A DNA stretch of 64,000 nt, from assembly GCA_902615625.1 (NCBI GenBank), contig CACMPM010000004.1, positions 10,290-74,289 of the forward strand, read 5' to 3'. Below the pieces are notes generated by a model. That model was not told the origin of the DNA and did not search any database. It worked only from the letters and a program-made list of their open reading frames with translations. The position numbers were made by a program, and so were the translations under genes. Each line of letters opens with the position of its first letter. Within the stretch, counting starts at the first letter, position 1. The DNA comes from an uncultured Alphaproteobacteria bacterium (GTDB lineage: Bacteria; Pseudomonadota; Alphaproteobacteria; HIMB59; GCA-002718135). Shown piece after piece: positions 30,907 through 43,727 of this stretch.

Positions 30907-32001
30907 ATGGTAAACTCAATATATAAAATATTTCCAGGAATTATATTTTGTTTTATAATTGCTTATTCCGGCATATACCTAAGTGATTTTATTGGAAAAG
31001 AAATTTTAAATTTAAATAAAAGTCCAATATCACCAATAATGCTATCAATAATATTTGGTCTTTTGATAGGAAATATATTTCATATTAATAATTTTTTATT
31101 AGAAGGAATTAAGTTTTCTTTAAAATTTATTCTAAGATTAGGAATAATATGTCTTGGTATTAGACTAGGTCTTTTAGATATTTTTAAAGTTGGAATAGTT
31201 GGAATACCTCTAATTGTTGCTTGTATTATTATATCAATCTTGATTGTAAATTATTTATGCAAGTTATTAAACGTTTCTTCAAAAATGGGATCATTAATTG
31301 CAGTTGGAACAAGTATTTGTGGAGCATCTGCAATTGTAGCAACTAGTCCTGCAATTAATGCTGATAAAGAGGAAGTTGCTTATGCCATAGCTAATATTAC
31401 AATATTTGGAATAATTGCAATGTTCCTCTATCCATTTATGGCATATTATCTTTTCAGTGGAGATGAGTTAGCATCAGGATTATTTCTTGGAACTTCAATA
31501 CATGAAACTGCTCAAGTTGCTGGGGCTGGATTGATATATGCGGAACAATTCAATTCACCAAAAACTATGGATATAGCGACAATTACAAAATTAGTAAGAA
31601 ATGTCAGTATGATAATCGTCATTCCTACAATAAGCTATATGTATCTAAGAAATAATATTGGTGAATATAATAGCAAACCATCAATAATATCTATGTTTCC
31701 AATTTTCATTATTGGTTTTATTATTATGGGTCTTATAAGATCAATTGGAGATTATGGAATTCAAAATAGTAATTTAGCTTTTGAAATATTAACAAATAAT
31801 AACTGGCAATTAATAATCAATATTATTAAATCTATTGCTGAGTATTCTTTAGCAATAGCAATGGCAGCTGTTGGCATAAGTACAAATTTAGTTTCTTTAA
31901 AAAGCTTAGGCATAAGACCATTTTATGTTGGTTTTTCTGCAGCTTGTTGTGTTGGAATTGTAAGTTATATCGGAATCATAGTACTAAATAATTTTATATA
32001 A
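30907..32001 (+). CDS. YeiH/UPF0324-family membrane protein (putative sulfate exporter family)
   Basis: 364 aa, polytopic. AVGTSICGASAIVATSPAINADKEEVAYAIANITIFG matches the conserved YeiH core. Confidence 0.75.
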   Translation: MVNSIYKIFPGIIFCFIIAYSGIYLSDFIGKEILNLNKSPISPIMLSIIFGLLIGNIFHINNFLLEGIKFSLKFILRLGIICLGIRLGLLDIFKVGIVGIPLIVACIIISILIVNYLCKLLNVSSKMGSLIAVGTSICGASAIVATSPAINADKEEVAYAIANITIFGIIAMFLYPFMAYYLFSGDELASGLFLGTSIHETAQVAGAGLIYAEQFNSPKTMDIATITKLVRNVSMIIVIPTISYMYLRNNIGEYNSKPSIISMFPIFIIGFIIMGLIRSIGDYGIQNSNLAFEILTNNNWQLIINIIKSIAEYSLAIAMAAVGISTNLVSLKSLGIRPFYVGFSAACCVGIVSYIGIIVLNNFI

Positions 32002-32064
32002 TTTTCTAAAATAAATATAATTTGTACTTATTAAGTAATAATTATATAAAATTCATAAAAAAAT

Positions 32065-32979
32065 ATGTCAATTTACCTTCCAATAGCTGAAATGAACGTC
32101 AATATTTTTCTTATTATCTTTATTGGTATGAGTATAGGTATACTTTCAGGAATTTTTGGTGTTGGTGGTGGATTTTTAATGACACCACTATTAATTTTTT
32201 TAGGCATACCTCCAGTTGTAGCTGTTGGTTCTGAAGCTCCACACGTTTTAGCAACTTCAGTTTCAGGTTTTATTGCTCACTGGAGAAAAAGAAATGTTGA
32301 TATAAAGATGGGTATATTCCTTTTAATAGGAGGTTTAATTGGCTCCACAGTTGGTGTAAATATTTTCAGTTATTTAAAAAACTTTGGGCAAATAGATTTA
32401 GTTATTCAGTTATTATTTCTTTTCTTTTTAGGTTTTATTGGTTTTAGTATGGCTTTTGAAAGCGCAAGAACTACAATAAAACACTATAGAGCAAGAAACA
32501 CTAAAAGAACAAAACTGCATCAACATTCTTGGTTTCACGGACTTCCATTTAAAGTTCGCTTTCATAGATCAAAACTTTATATAAGTGCGATACCACCTGT
32601 ACTGATAGGTTTCGCAGTTGGAGTAATGTCCGCAATGATGGGAGTTGGAGGAGGATTTATAATTATACCCGCAATGGTATACATACTTGGAATGCCAACA
32701 AGTATAGTAGTTGGGACATCTTTATTTCAAATCATTTTTGTTACCGCTAATGCAACATTCTTTCAATCCTACATAAATTATAATGTAGATATTGTGCTGT
32801 CTGCACTAATGATATTTGGAGGAGTAATTGGTGCACAAATTGGTGTAATTTTTGGATCTAAATTGAAAGCAGAATATTTGAGAGGTATTTTGGCTATATT
32901 GGTACTGGGTGTTTGTGGTAAAATTTTTACAGATCTAGTTTTAAGACCTAATGATTTATTTTCATTGGTAATGATATGA
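32065..32979 (+). CDS. TauE/SafE (DUF81) family anion permease
   Basis: 304 aa made of two 4-TM repeats, each with a GVGGGF motif. The central loop is basic: HYRARNTKRTKLHQHSWFHGLPFKVRFHRSK. Confidence 0.8.
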   Translation: MSIYLPIAEMNVNIFLIIFIGMSIGILSGIFGVGGGFLMTPLLIFLGIPPVVAVGSEAPHVLATSVSGFIAHWRKRNVDIKMGIFLLIGGLIGSTVGVNIFSYLKNFGQIDLVIQLLFLFFLGFIGFSMAFESARTTIKHYRARNTKRTKLHQHSWFHGLPFKVRFHRSKLYISAIPPVLIGFAVGVMSAMMGVGGGFIIIPAMVYILGMPTSIVVGTSLFQIIFVTANATFFQSYINYNVDIVLSALMIFGGVIGAQIGVIFGSKLKAEYLRGILAILVLGVCGKIFTDLVLRPNDLFSLVMI

Positions 32980-33383
32980 TATCAATAATTAATTTTTCAA
33001 TTAATTTATTGATCGTAGTTTGTCTCTTCATATATTTTATTTTTACAACCATTAGTTTTAATCTGGAGAATATTGAATATTTTTTAATTCTAATAATTGT
33101 TATAAACTCATTTAACAAAATTTATATTTGGTCAAATTTCAGAGTATTTATTAAAAAAGATCTTAATAAAATATTTAAAGACATATTATTTAATGATTCA
33201 TTTGCAAAACTAAGTATAGTTATTTTATCCACTGTAATTCCAATTTATATGCTTATGCAAAAAGATATATTAGTGATTGATATATTGATTGAGAGAGCAT
33301 CTTTTTTATTAGTATCAATTTTTGCATTAATTGGATTTTATTTAGAATTTTATATTTTAGAAGTGACAAAAATAGATGATTAA
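32976..33383 (+). CDS. hypothetical small membrane protein (about 4 TM)
   Basis: 135 aa with no recognisable motif. I accept it as coding because ATGA-type overlaps couple it to both neighbours in a genome with no spare spacers. Confidence 0.55.
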   Translation: MISIINFSINLLIVVCLFIYFIFTTISFNLENIEYFLILIIVINSFNKIYIWSNFRVFIKKDLNKIFKDILFNDSFAKLSIVILSTVIPIYMLMQKDILVIDILIERASFLLVSIFALIGFYLEFYILEVTKIDD

Positions 33384-34140
33384 AAATTTATATATAAAGT
33401 TTGCTTTTAATCTAACAATTTTATTGACTGTAATTTTTTTTTATAACTTTCTTCATGCTGAAGAAATTTACTTTGACTTATCTGAGGATAGTATTGAATT
33501 AAAAACAGATTTTAATGGAAAAGAAATTATTATTTTTGGATTACTAAAGAATGATCATGAGACACTTTTGACAATAAAAGGGCCACCATCAAAAATGAGA
33601 ATACAAAAAAAAGAAAGGTATTTTGGAATATGGATAAATAATCAATACGTTACCTATAGTAACATTCCATCTTTATTCTTTTTATCCTCATCAAAAGAAA
33701 TTAACGAAATCTTGCCTGAATCGATATTAATTAATGAGGATCTAAGTTTTGAAAAAATTTTAAATAATAAAACTTTTAATCAAAATTTTATTTTCAAAAA
33801 TGACCAAAAAAGTTGGAATAAAAATTTTGTTAGAATAAAAAAAGAAGAATCATTTTATAAAAGTTTTGAAATGAAAAAGATCAAAGATAAATTATTTCAA
33901 ACTAGCGTTTTTTTTCCAACAAATACAATACCAGGGATTTATAATGTTGATATTTACTATATAAGAAATAATACAATTATGAGTACTGATCAAAAAAATA
34001 TAGTTATAAAAAAAACTGGTATTGGAAGTCAAATATTTGACTTTGCTAATGAAAATGCAGCTACATACGGAGTTTTTGTAATTATCTTTTCAATATTTTC
34101 AGGTTTTATTGCTGCTGCTTTATTTAGGAGAAGTAAATGA
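33376..34140 (+). CDS. Alph_Pro_TM / TIGR02186-like conserved alphaproteobacterial membrane protein
   Basis: 254 aa with an N-terminal signal/TM, a large extracytoplasmic part (KGPPSKMRIQKKERYFGIWINNQ) and a C-terminal TM. Adjacency to a DUF81 gene is typical for this family. The assignment is from memory. Confidence 0.65.
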   Translation: MIKNLYIKFAFNLTILLTVIFFYNFLHAEEIYFDLSEDSIELKTDFNGKEIIIFGLLKNDHETLLTIKGPPSKMRIQKKERYFGIWINNQYVTYSNIPSLFFLSSSKEINEILPESILINEDLSFEKILNNKTFNQNFIFKNDQKSWNKNFVRIKKEESFYKSFEMKKIKDKLFQTSVFFPTNTIPGIYNVDIYYIRNNTIMSTDQKNIVIKKTGIGSQIFDFANENAATYGVFVIIFSIFSGFIAAALFRRSK

Positions 34141-34610
34141 GTGATGATAGATATATTCTAGTTGTTGCAGATAATTCAGAAGAAATGAATACAGCTCTTG
34201 AATATGCTTGTGCAAGATCAAAAAAAACAGGAAGAAAGATTATCATTGCAACATTCATAGAGCCTTTGGATGTTCTAACAACCAAGGGTGTTACAGACAT
34301 TATGAAAGAGGAAGCTAGAGAAGAAGCAGAAACAATTCTTAAAAAAGCTGCCTCATTTGTCCAAGAAAGAACAGGTGACTATCCTGCTCTCTCTTTAAGA
34401 GAAGGGGATACTATATTTGAATTAAAACAATTATTAGATGAGGAAAAAAATATTAATGTTCTTGTTTTAGCCGCCAATACTGATCCAAATAGTAAAAACC
34501 CTGGTCCAATAATAACTTCTCTGGTGAGTAATGAAATAACAAACCTAAGAATACCAATAATGATTGTCCCTGGAAATTTATCATTTGAACATATTGCACA
34601 AATAACTTAA
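34137..34610 (+). CDS. universal stress protein (UspA family)
   Basis: 157 aa with a USP-like layout: ILVVADNSEE at the N-terminus, LVLAAN in the middle, and IPIMIVPG near the C-terminus. Confidence 0.75.
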   Translation: MSDDRYILVVADNSEEMNTALEYACARSKKTGRKIIIATFIEPLDVLTTKGVTDIMKEEAREEAETILKKAASFVQERTGDYPALSLREGDTIFELKQLLDEEKNINVLVLAANTDPNSKNPGPIITSLVSNEITNLRIPIMIVPGNLSFEHIAQIT

Positions 34611-34614
34611 AAAA

Positions 34615-35250
34615 ATGTCTAAAGAGATAGCTAAAATATTAGTAGATATAAAGTCTATTAATTTTTCATTTGATAAATATTTTACTCTTACATCAGGCTT
34701 GGCTAGTCCTGTTTATGTTGATTGTAGAAAAATTATTTCTTTCACAAAAGAAAGAAATTTTATAATTGATAAAGCCATAGATTATTTAACTAAAAATAAT
34801 ATTGAGACAGAAATTATTGCTGGTGGAGAGACCGCTGGAATTCCCTATGCTGCTTTTATTTCTCAAAAATTAGATAAACAAATGATTTATATTAGAAAAA
34901 AAACAAAAGGTTTTGGAAAAAACAAACAAATTGAAGGTGAATTTGAAAAAAATCAAAAAGCTCTTTTAGTTGAAGATCTAGCTACTGATGGAGGTAGTAA
35001 AATAATTTTTATTAACGCAATGCGTGAAGCTGGATTAAAAGTTAAAGATATATTTGTAATATTTTATTATGATATTTTTAATTTCAATGAATCAGAATTA
35101 TTTAAATTAAATGTAAATATGCACTCATTGTGTACTTGGAAAGATGTAATAAATTATATTGAAAGTAAAAAAATATATTCTGAAGACAAGGTTTCAAACT
35201 TAAAAGAATTTTTAGAAGATCCAGAAAAATGGAGAAGCAAGTATGCGTGA
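34615..35250 (+). CDS. pyrE: orotate phosphoribosyltransferase
   Basis: 211 aa with the PRPP-binding motif ALLVEDLATDGGS. FTLTSGLASPVYVDCRK is PyrE-like. Confidence 0.88.
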   Translation: MSKEIAKILVDIKSINFSFDKYFTLTSGLASPVYVDCRKIISFTKERNFIIDKAIDYLTKNNIETEIIAGGETAGIPYAAFISQKLDKQMIYIRKKTKGFGKNKQIEGEFEKNQKALLVEDLATDGGSKIIFINAMREAGLKVKDIFVIFYYDIFNFNESELFKLNVNMHSLCTWKDVINYIESKKIYSEDKVSNLKEFLEDPEKWRSKYA

Positions 35251-35677
35251 AATAGTTGTTATTAGTGGAGGTTTTGACCCAATTCACAGTGGTCATATAA
35301 AATTAATTAAAGAAGCTGCTAAACATGGTGAAGTTGTAGTTTTGCTAAATTCTGATTTATGGCTTCAAAAAAAGAAGGGTAAGGAATTTCTTCCTTTTAT
35401 TGAAAGAACTATAATTATGAATGAGTTAAAAAATGTTATTGATGTTATAGAATTTGATGACGGAGATAAGACGTGCATCGATGGTCTTAAAAAAGTAAAA
35501 AATAAATATCCAAAATCAATTATTAAATTTGCAAATGGAGGTGATAGAAATAATAGTACAACACCAGAATCAATATTCTGTGAAAAAAACAATATAAAGT
35601 TACTTTGGGGCATAGGTGGTGACAATAAATCAAATTCTAGTTCATGGATTTTACAAAAATGGAAAGAAAATAATTAA
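35243..35677 (+). CDS. cytidylyltransferase-like (nucleotidyltransferase) family protein
   Basis: 144 aa. GGFDPIHSGHIKLI is the (H/T)xGH nucleotidyltransferase motif. It overlaps pyrE by 8 nt. Confidence 0.75.
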   Translation: MREIVVISGGFDPIHSGHIKLIKEAAKHGEVVVLLNSDLWLQKKKGKEFLPFIERTIIMNELKNVIDVIEFDDGDKTCIDGLKKVKNKYPKSIIKFANGGDRNNSTTPESIFCEKNNIKLLWGIGGDNKSNSSSWILQKWKENN

Positions 35678-36279
35678 GGATATAATTTTCTTGTAACCCA
35701 ACCATCATTTTCCCTACGGAATTCAAGTCTGTCATGCAATCTAAATGGCATATCTTGCCAAAATTCAATTAATATAGGTGCTACTAAGTAACCATTCCAA
35801 TGTGAAGGTCTTGGTACATCATTATCTGAAAATTTTTTTTCAAACTCCTCTACTCTTTTAGTTAATGTCGATCTATCATCTAGTTCTTCTGACTGTAATG
35901 AAGCCCAAGCTCCTATTCTACTTCCTAGTGGTCTTGAATTATAATATTCATCAGCTTCAGCATTTGAAATTTGTGAAACATTTCCTTCTATTCTTATTTG
36001 TCTTTGAAGTGTTTTCCAATGAAAATTTAAAGCTACACTATCGTTGTTTTTAATTGCTCTTCCTTTTTTGCTATTTGAATTTGTGTAAAAAACAAACCCT
36101 TTATCATCATATGATTTAAGTAAAACAATTCGAGAGCTGGGTTTGCCATCAGAAGATATAGTAGCAAGGTTCATAGCATTTGGATCATTGATTTCACTTT
36201 TCTTTGCCTCTTCAAACCATTCTTGAAAAAGTTCAATTGGTTTTTTATCAGAATTTATTAATTTTTGATTTGATTGCAT
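35674..36279 (-). CDS. pdxH: pyridoxamine 5'-phosphate oxidase
   Basis: 201 aa with PSSRIVLLKSYDDKGFVFYTN and the C-terminal FWQDMPFRLHDRLEF, both typical of PdxH. Confidence 0.92.
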   Translation of the reverse strand: MQSNQKLINSDKKPIELFQEWFEEAKKSEINDPNAMNLATISSDGKPSSRIVLLKSYDDKGFVFYTNSNSKKGRAIKNNDSVALNFHWKTLQRQIRIEGNVSQISNAEADEYYNSRPLGSRIGAWASLQSEELDDRSTLTKRVEEFEKKFSDNDVPRPSHWNGYLVAPILIEFWQDMPFRLHDRLEFRRENDGWVTRKLYP

Positions 36280-36347
36280 ATTATAGATATGAATATTATT
36301 TTATAAGTATATATATCTATATTTATAAAAAAACACTGATTTACAAT

Positions 36348-37175
36348 ATGTTGATGCAAAATAAAAAAGGTCTGATTATGGGAGTGGCAAATGACAGATC
36401 TATTGCTTGGGGTATTGCGAAAAAATTAGCAGAACAGGGAGCAGAAATTGCACTTACTTATCAAGGAGAAGCTCTTAAAAAAAGAGTTCAGCCACTTGCA
36501 GAAGAAATAGGGTCTAACACTATTATTCCTTGTGATGTTTCAGACTCACAAAGTATGAATAACGTTTTTGAAACACTTAAAAATAAATGGGGTGAATTAG
36601 ATTTTCTTGTTCATGGAATTGGTTTTTCCAACAAAGATGAATTAAGAGGTAAATATTACAATACATCTTCTGATAATTTTAAACAAACTATGCATATATC
36701 ATGTTATTCTTTTACAGAGGCTTGTAGGCTAGCAGAACCTTTAATGAATAATGGTGGATCAATTTTAACTTTAACATATTATGGATCAGAACAAGTTATG
36801 CCTCATTATAATGTTATGGGAGTTGCAAAAGCAGCTTTAGAGGCAAGTGTTAGATATTTAGCAGTTGATTTGGGAGAAAAAAATATAAGAGTTAATGCTA
36901 TTAGTGCTGGGCCAATTAAAACTTTGGCAGCATCAGGAATAGGTGATTTTAGATTTATTCTAAAATGGAACGAGCTTAATGCTCCACTTAAAAGAAATGT
37001 AAATCAGCAAGATGTTGGAAATTCTGCTTTGTATCTCTTAAGTGATCTTGGGAGTGCCGTTACTGGTGAGATACAACATGTCGATTGTGGCTATCATACT
37101 GTAGGAATGGTTGCAGTTGATGAGAGTGAAAGTGTTTCAGAATTATTAGGTGAATTTACAAATTCTAAAAAATGA
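36348..37175 (+). CDS. fabI: enoyl-[acyl-carrier-protein] reductase (NADH) FabI
   Basis: The track ORF starts at 36204, but that extension overlaps pdxH and is low-complexity. The ATG at 36348 gives [25 protein letters not shown], a typical FabI N-terminus. The catalytic Y..M...K region is present. Confidence 0.92.
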   Translation: MLMQNKKGLIMGVANDRSIAWGIAKKLAEQGAEIALTYQGEALKKRVQPLAEEIGSNTIIPCDVSDSQSMNNVFETLKNKWGELDFLVHGIGFSNKDELRGKYYNTSSDNFKQTMHISCYSFTEACRLAEPLMNNGGSILTLTYYGSEQVMPHYNVMGVAKAALEASVRYLAVDLGEKNIRVNAISAGPIKTLAASGIGDFRFILKWNELNAPLKRNVNQQDVGNSALYLLSDLGSAVTGEIQHVDCGYHTVGMVAVDESESVSELLGEFTNSKK

Positions 37176-38242
37176 CTTCTAATTCAATAGGAAAAATCTT
37201 TAACTTTACCACATGGGGAGAAAGCCATGGCAAAGCTATTGGTTGTGTTGTCGATGGAGTGCCATCAAACATAAATTTAACTGAAAAAGATATTCAACCC
37301 TATTTAGATAAAAGAAAACCTGGTCAGTCAAAATTTACAACTCAAAGAAAAGAAGAGGATAAAGTTGAAATACTATCTGGAACTTTTGAGGGAAAAACAA
37401 CAGGTCATCCTATTTCTCTAATTATCTACAATCAAGATCAGAGATCAAAAGATTATGGTGATATCAAAAGTAAATTTAGACCAGGTCATGCAGATTATAC
37501 ATATTGGAAAAAATATGGCATAAGAGATTATAGGGGTGGTGGTAGATCTAGTGCTAGAGAAACTGCAATGAGAGTAGCAGCAGGGGCAATAGCAAGAAAA
37601 ATCATAAAAAATAAAATTAAAAATCAAGTTGTAATAACAGGTGCATTAATTCAAATAGGTAATCATAAAATTAATTATGATAATTGGAATAATAATTTTA
37701 TTCCAAAAAATAATTTTTGGAGTCCTGATAAAGAAATTATTAAAATATGGGAAAACGAAATACAAACTGCAAGAAAATCTGGTTCCTCTTTAGGTGCAAT
37801 AATTGAAATTAGAGTAAAAGGTTTGCCAGCTGGATTAGGAGAACCTATTTATGAAAAAATAGACTCTGATATTGCTAAGGCATTGATGTCTATTAATGCT
37901 GTTAAGGGAGTAGAAATGGGAAATGGATTTAGCAGTGTTTATGAAACTGGAATTTCTAATGTTGATGAAATGAGAATAAAAAATAAAAAACCTTTATTTC
38001 TTTCAAATAATAATGGTGGAGTTCTTGGGGGTATTACAACGGGCCAAGAATTAATTACTAGATTTGTAGTAAAACCTACAAGCTCAATATTATCCCCAAA
38101 AAAAACAATTAATACAAAATTAAAAGAAACAACAATATCTACTAAAGGTCGTCATGATCCATGTGTTGGTATAAGAGCTGTTCCTGTCGGTGAAGCAATG
38201 GTTGCCACAACTATAGCTGATCATTGTTTAAGATTTCTTTAA
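37172..38242 (+). CDS. aroC: chorismate synthase
   Basis: 356 aa with the motifs [19 protein letters not shown] and GRHDPCV. Confidence 0.95.
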   Translation: MTSNSIGKIFNFTTWGESHGKAIGCVVDGVPSNINLTEKDIQPYLDKRKPGQSKFTTQRKEEDKVEILSGTFEGKTTGHPISLIIYNQDQRSKDYGDIKSKFRPGHADYTYWKKYGIRDYRGGGRSSARETAMRVAAGAIARKIIKNKIKNQVVITGALIQIGNHKINYDNWNNNFIPKNNFWSPDKEIIKIWENEIQTARKSGSSLGAIIEIRVKGLPAGLGEPIYEKIDSDIAKALMSINAVKGVEMGNGFSSVYETGISNVDEMRIKNKKPLFLSNNNGGVLGGITTGQELITRFVVKPTSSILSPKKTINTKLKETTISTKGRHDPCVGIRAVPVGEAMVATTIADHCLRFL

Positions 38243-38977
38243 AATACTATAAATCAAAAATTCTTTATTTCCTTTTGGTCCAGTTATTGGACTTTCGACT
38301 AAACCTACAACTTCAGCCTTAATTTTTTTTTTAAACCAATTCGATATATCATTACATACTTGTTTATGAATCAATGGATCTTTCACAATACCTTTTTTCA
38401 AATTTATTTTATGTGTTTCAAATTGCGGCTTAATTAGTGAAATAATCTCAGCTTTACTTGATAAAATCTTCAGGCTAGGTTCTATAACCTTTGTTAGACT
38501 AATAAAACTAACATCACAGACTACTAAATTAATTTTTTCATGAATTATTGAGTTATCTAAATATTTAGCATTAAAATTTTCAATACTAATAATTTTTTTT
38601 TCTTTTTTTAATTTTTCATGAAGTTGATTTGTGCCAACATCAATAGAATATATTTTTTTAGCGTTTTTTTTTAAAAGAACTTCTGTGAATCCACCAGTTG
38701 ATGAACCGATATCTAGACAAATTTTATTTTCAATATCAATCTTAAAATGATCAATCGCTTTGAGTAATTTAAATGCACCTCTTGATACCCATGTAGGATG
38801 TAGTTGTTTAATTTTTATTTTTGAGTTTTCATTAAAACTGTTACCACTTTTGGTAATAATTTTATCGTTTACATAAACTTGACCGGCCATAATCATAGAT
38901 TGGGCCTTTGATTTAGTATCAGCTAAGTTTCTATCCATTAAAAGCTGATCAAGTCTTATTTTTAGATTTTTACTCAA
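38228..38977 (-). CDS. tlyA: TlyA-family rRNA (cytidine-2'-O)-methyltransferase
   Basis: 249 aa with an N-terminal S4 domain (RLDQLL...), SRGAFKL, and the SAM motif [15 protein letters not shown]. Confidence 0.88.
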   Translation of the reverse strand: MSKNLKIRLDQLLMDRNLADTKSKAQSMIMAGQVYVNDKIITKSGNSFNENSKIKIKQLHPTWVSRGAFKLLKAIDHFKIDIENKICLDIGSSTGGFTEVLLKKNAKKIYSIDVGTNQLHEKLKKEKKIISIENFNAKYLDNSIIHEKINLVVCDVSFISLTKVIEPSLKILSSKAEIISLIKPQFETHKINLKKGIVKDPLIHKQVCNDISNWFKKKIKAEVVGLVESPITGPKGNKEFLIYSILKKS

Positions 38978-38986
38978 ATTTGAAAA

Positions 38987-39205
38987 TTACTTAAAATCTT
39001 CTTTTGTAACTTTATTGTTTTCTTGCTTAATTTTTTTAATTTGGCTTTCAATACTTTTTAATTTTTCCTCACATGCTTTTTTTAAATTCATTCCTTCTTC
39101 GTAAAGTTTTACAGATTCTTCTAAGTCAACTTCACCATTTTCTAATTTCTCTACAATAGACTCAAGTTTTTTTAAATTATTTTCAAAATTATTATCTTTA
39201 TTCAT
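38987..39205 (-). CDS. xseB: exodeoxyribonuclease VII small subunit
   Basis: 72 aa. LKKLESIVEKLENGEVDLEESVKLYEEGMNLKKAC matches XseB. Confidence 0.88.
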   Translation of the reverse strand: MNKDNNFENNLKKLESIVEKLENGEVDLEESVKLYEEGMNLKKACEEKLKSIESQIKKIKQENNKVTKEDFK

Positions 39206-39491
39206 TAGATGTATCTATTTTTGTAATATTTGATGTTTCTATATCATATATTAAAGCATAAACTTTATCATTACTTTTTATTGTAAACAAAATCTGATTA
39301 TTATCAATCATATCTATATCTGTAATTTTGTGCCCTTTTTCTAAATTTAAATTATATTCAATTAAATTTGTTTCTAAATTACTTTGTTTTTTTGTTGTTT
39401 TTATATACAAGCCATAAACTAGAGTTAAAAAACAAATAACAATTAATATACCTAAAAATATTACAATAAATTTAAGAATTTTTTGAGACAT
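39198..39491 (-). CDS. hypothetical N-terminally membrane-anchored protein
   Basis: 97 aa with one N-terminal TM followed by a small beta-rich domain. It overlaps xseB by 8 nt. The architecture resembles small conserved alphaproteobacterial anchored proteins, but I cannot name the family with confidence. Confidence 0.55.
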   Translation of the reverse strand: MSQKILKFIVIFLGILIVICFLTLVYGLYIKTTKKQSNLETNLIEYNLNLEKGHKITDIDMIDNNQILFTIKSNDKVYALIYDIETSNITKIDTSNE

Positions 39492-40461
39492 GAACGAATT
39501 CTATAATGTTAAATTAACTATAAATAAACAATTAAGTTTACAAAGATTAGATAAAGTGCTCGTTTCAAGATTGGAGGGATATTCAAGAACACAAATTAAA
39601 ACTTTAATATTAAATGGCAATGTATATCTTGAAGAAAAGGAAATAAAAGATCCATCTTACATAACTAAAGAAAATGAAAATTACTTTATAAATATAATCT
39701 TAAAGCAAGAAACAAAACATTCAGCTGAAAATATAGACTTAAACATTATTTTTGAAGATGAAGATTTAATTGTTATTAATAAACCTCCAAATTTAGTAAT
39801 GCATCCAGCTCCTGGAAATGAAAGCGGGACTCTTGTGAATGCTCTTATACATTACACTAATAATCAATTAAGTAATTTAGATGATAATTCTAGACCAGGA
39901 ATAGTCCATCGTTTAGATAAGGATACGAGTGGAATTCTTGTTGTTGCGAAAAATAATAATGTTCATATTAATTTAGCCGAACAATTCAAAGAACATACAA
40001 TATCTCGTAGATATAAAGCAATAGTTTGGGGAACTCCTGATAATCAATCAATTGAAGGGTACATAGAGAGAAATAGAAAAAATAGAAAAAAAATGAGTTT
40101 AAATAATAAGGGTTTTGGAAAATATTCTAAAACCGATATTAAATTAGAAAAAACTTTTGGTATTGCTAGTTTAGTTGACTGTCATTTACATACTGGAAGA
40201 ACGCATCAAATTAGACTTCATTTAACTTCTAAAAATTCTCCAATCATTGGTGACAAGATTTATGGAAAAAGTAAAATTAATCAATTTGGAAAAGATAAAA
40301 ATACATTTAATAAATTCATGATTTTAAAAAATTTTGAAAGACAAGCATTGCATGCTTATCATCTTGGTTTTGATCATCCTACATCAAAAAAAAGGATGGA
40401 TTTTGATATTGAAATTCCTGAAGATTTTAAGAATTTAATTGAATTATTGCTTAAATATTAA
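39490..40461 (+). CDS. rluD: RluA-family 23S rRNA pseudouridine synthase (RluD-like)
   Basis: 323 aa with an S4 domain at the N-terminus, the catalytic motif HRLDKDTSGILVVAKN, and TGRTHQIRLH. Confidence 0.9.
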   Translation: MNEFYNVKLTINKQLSLQRLDKVLVSRLEGYSRTQIKTLILNGNVYLEEKEIKDPSYITKENENYFINIILKQETKHSAENIDLNIIFEDEDLIVINKPPNLVMHPAPGNESGTLVNALIHYTNNQLSNLDDNSRPGIVHRLDKDTSGILVVAKNNNVHINLAEQFKEHTISRRYKAIVWGTPDNQSIEGYIERNRKNRKKMSLNNKGFGKYSKTDIKLEKTFGIASLVDCHLHTGRTHQIRLHLTSKNSPIIGDKIYGKSKINQFGKDKNTFNKFMILKNFERQALHAYHLGFDHPTSKKRMDFDIEIPEDFKNLIELLLKY

Positions 40462-40491
40462 ATTATATTTTATTTGTGTTATAGGCTTATT

Positions 40492-43719
<3,228 letters not shown>

Positions 43720-43727
<8 letters not shown>

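Noticed and set aside
36204-36347. N-terminal 48-codon extension of the fabI ORF, overlapping the pdxH start by 76 nt.
   Set aside because: The extension is Tyr/Ile low-complexity sequence translated from an AT-rich (TA)n-like divergent promoter region. The ATG at 36348 gives a canonical FabI N-terminus.
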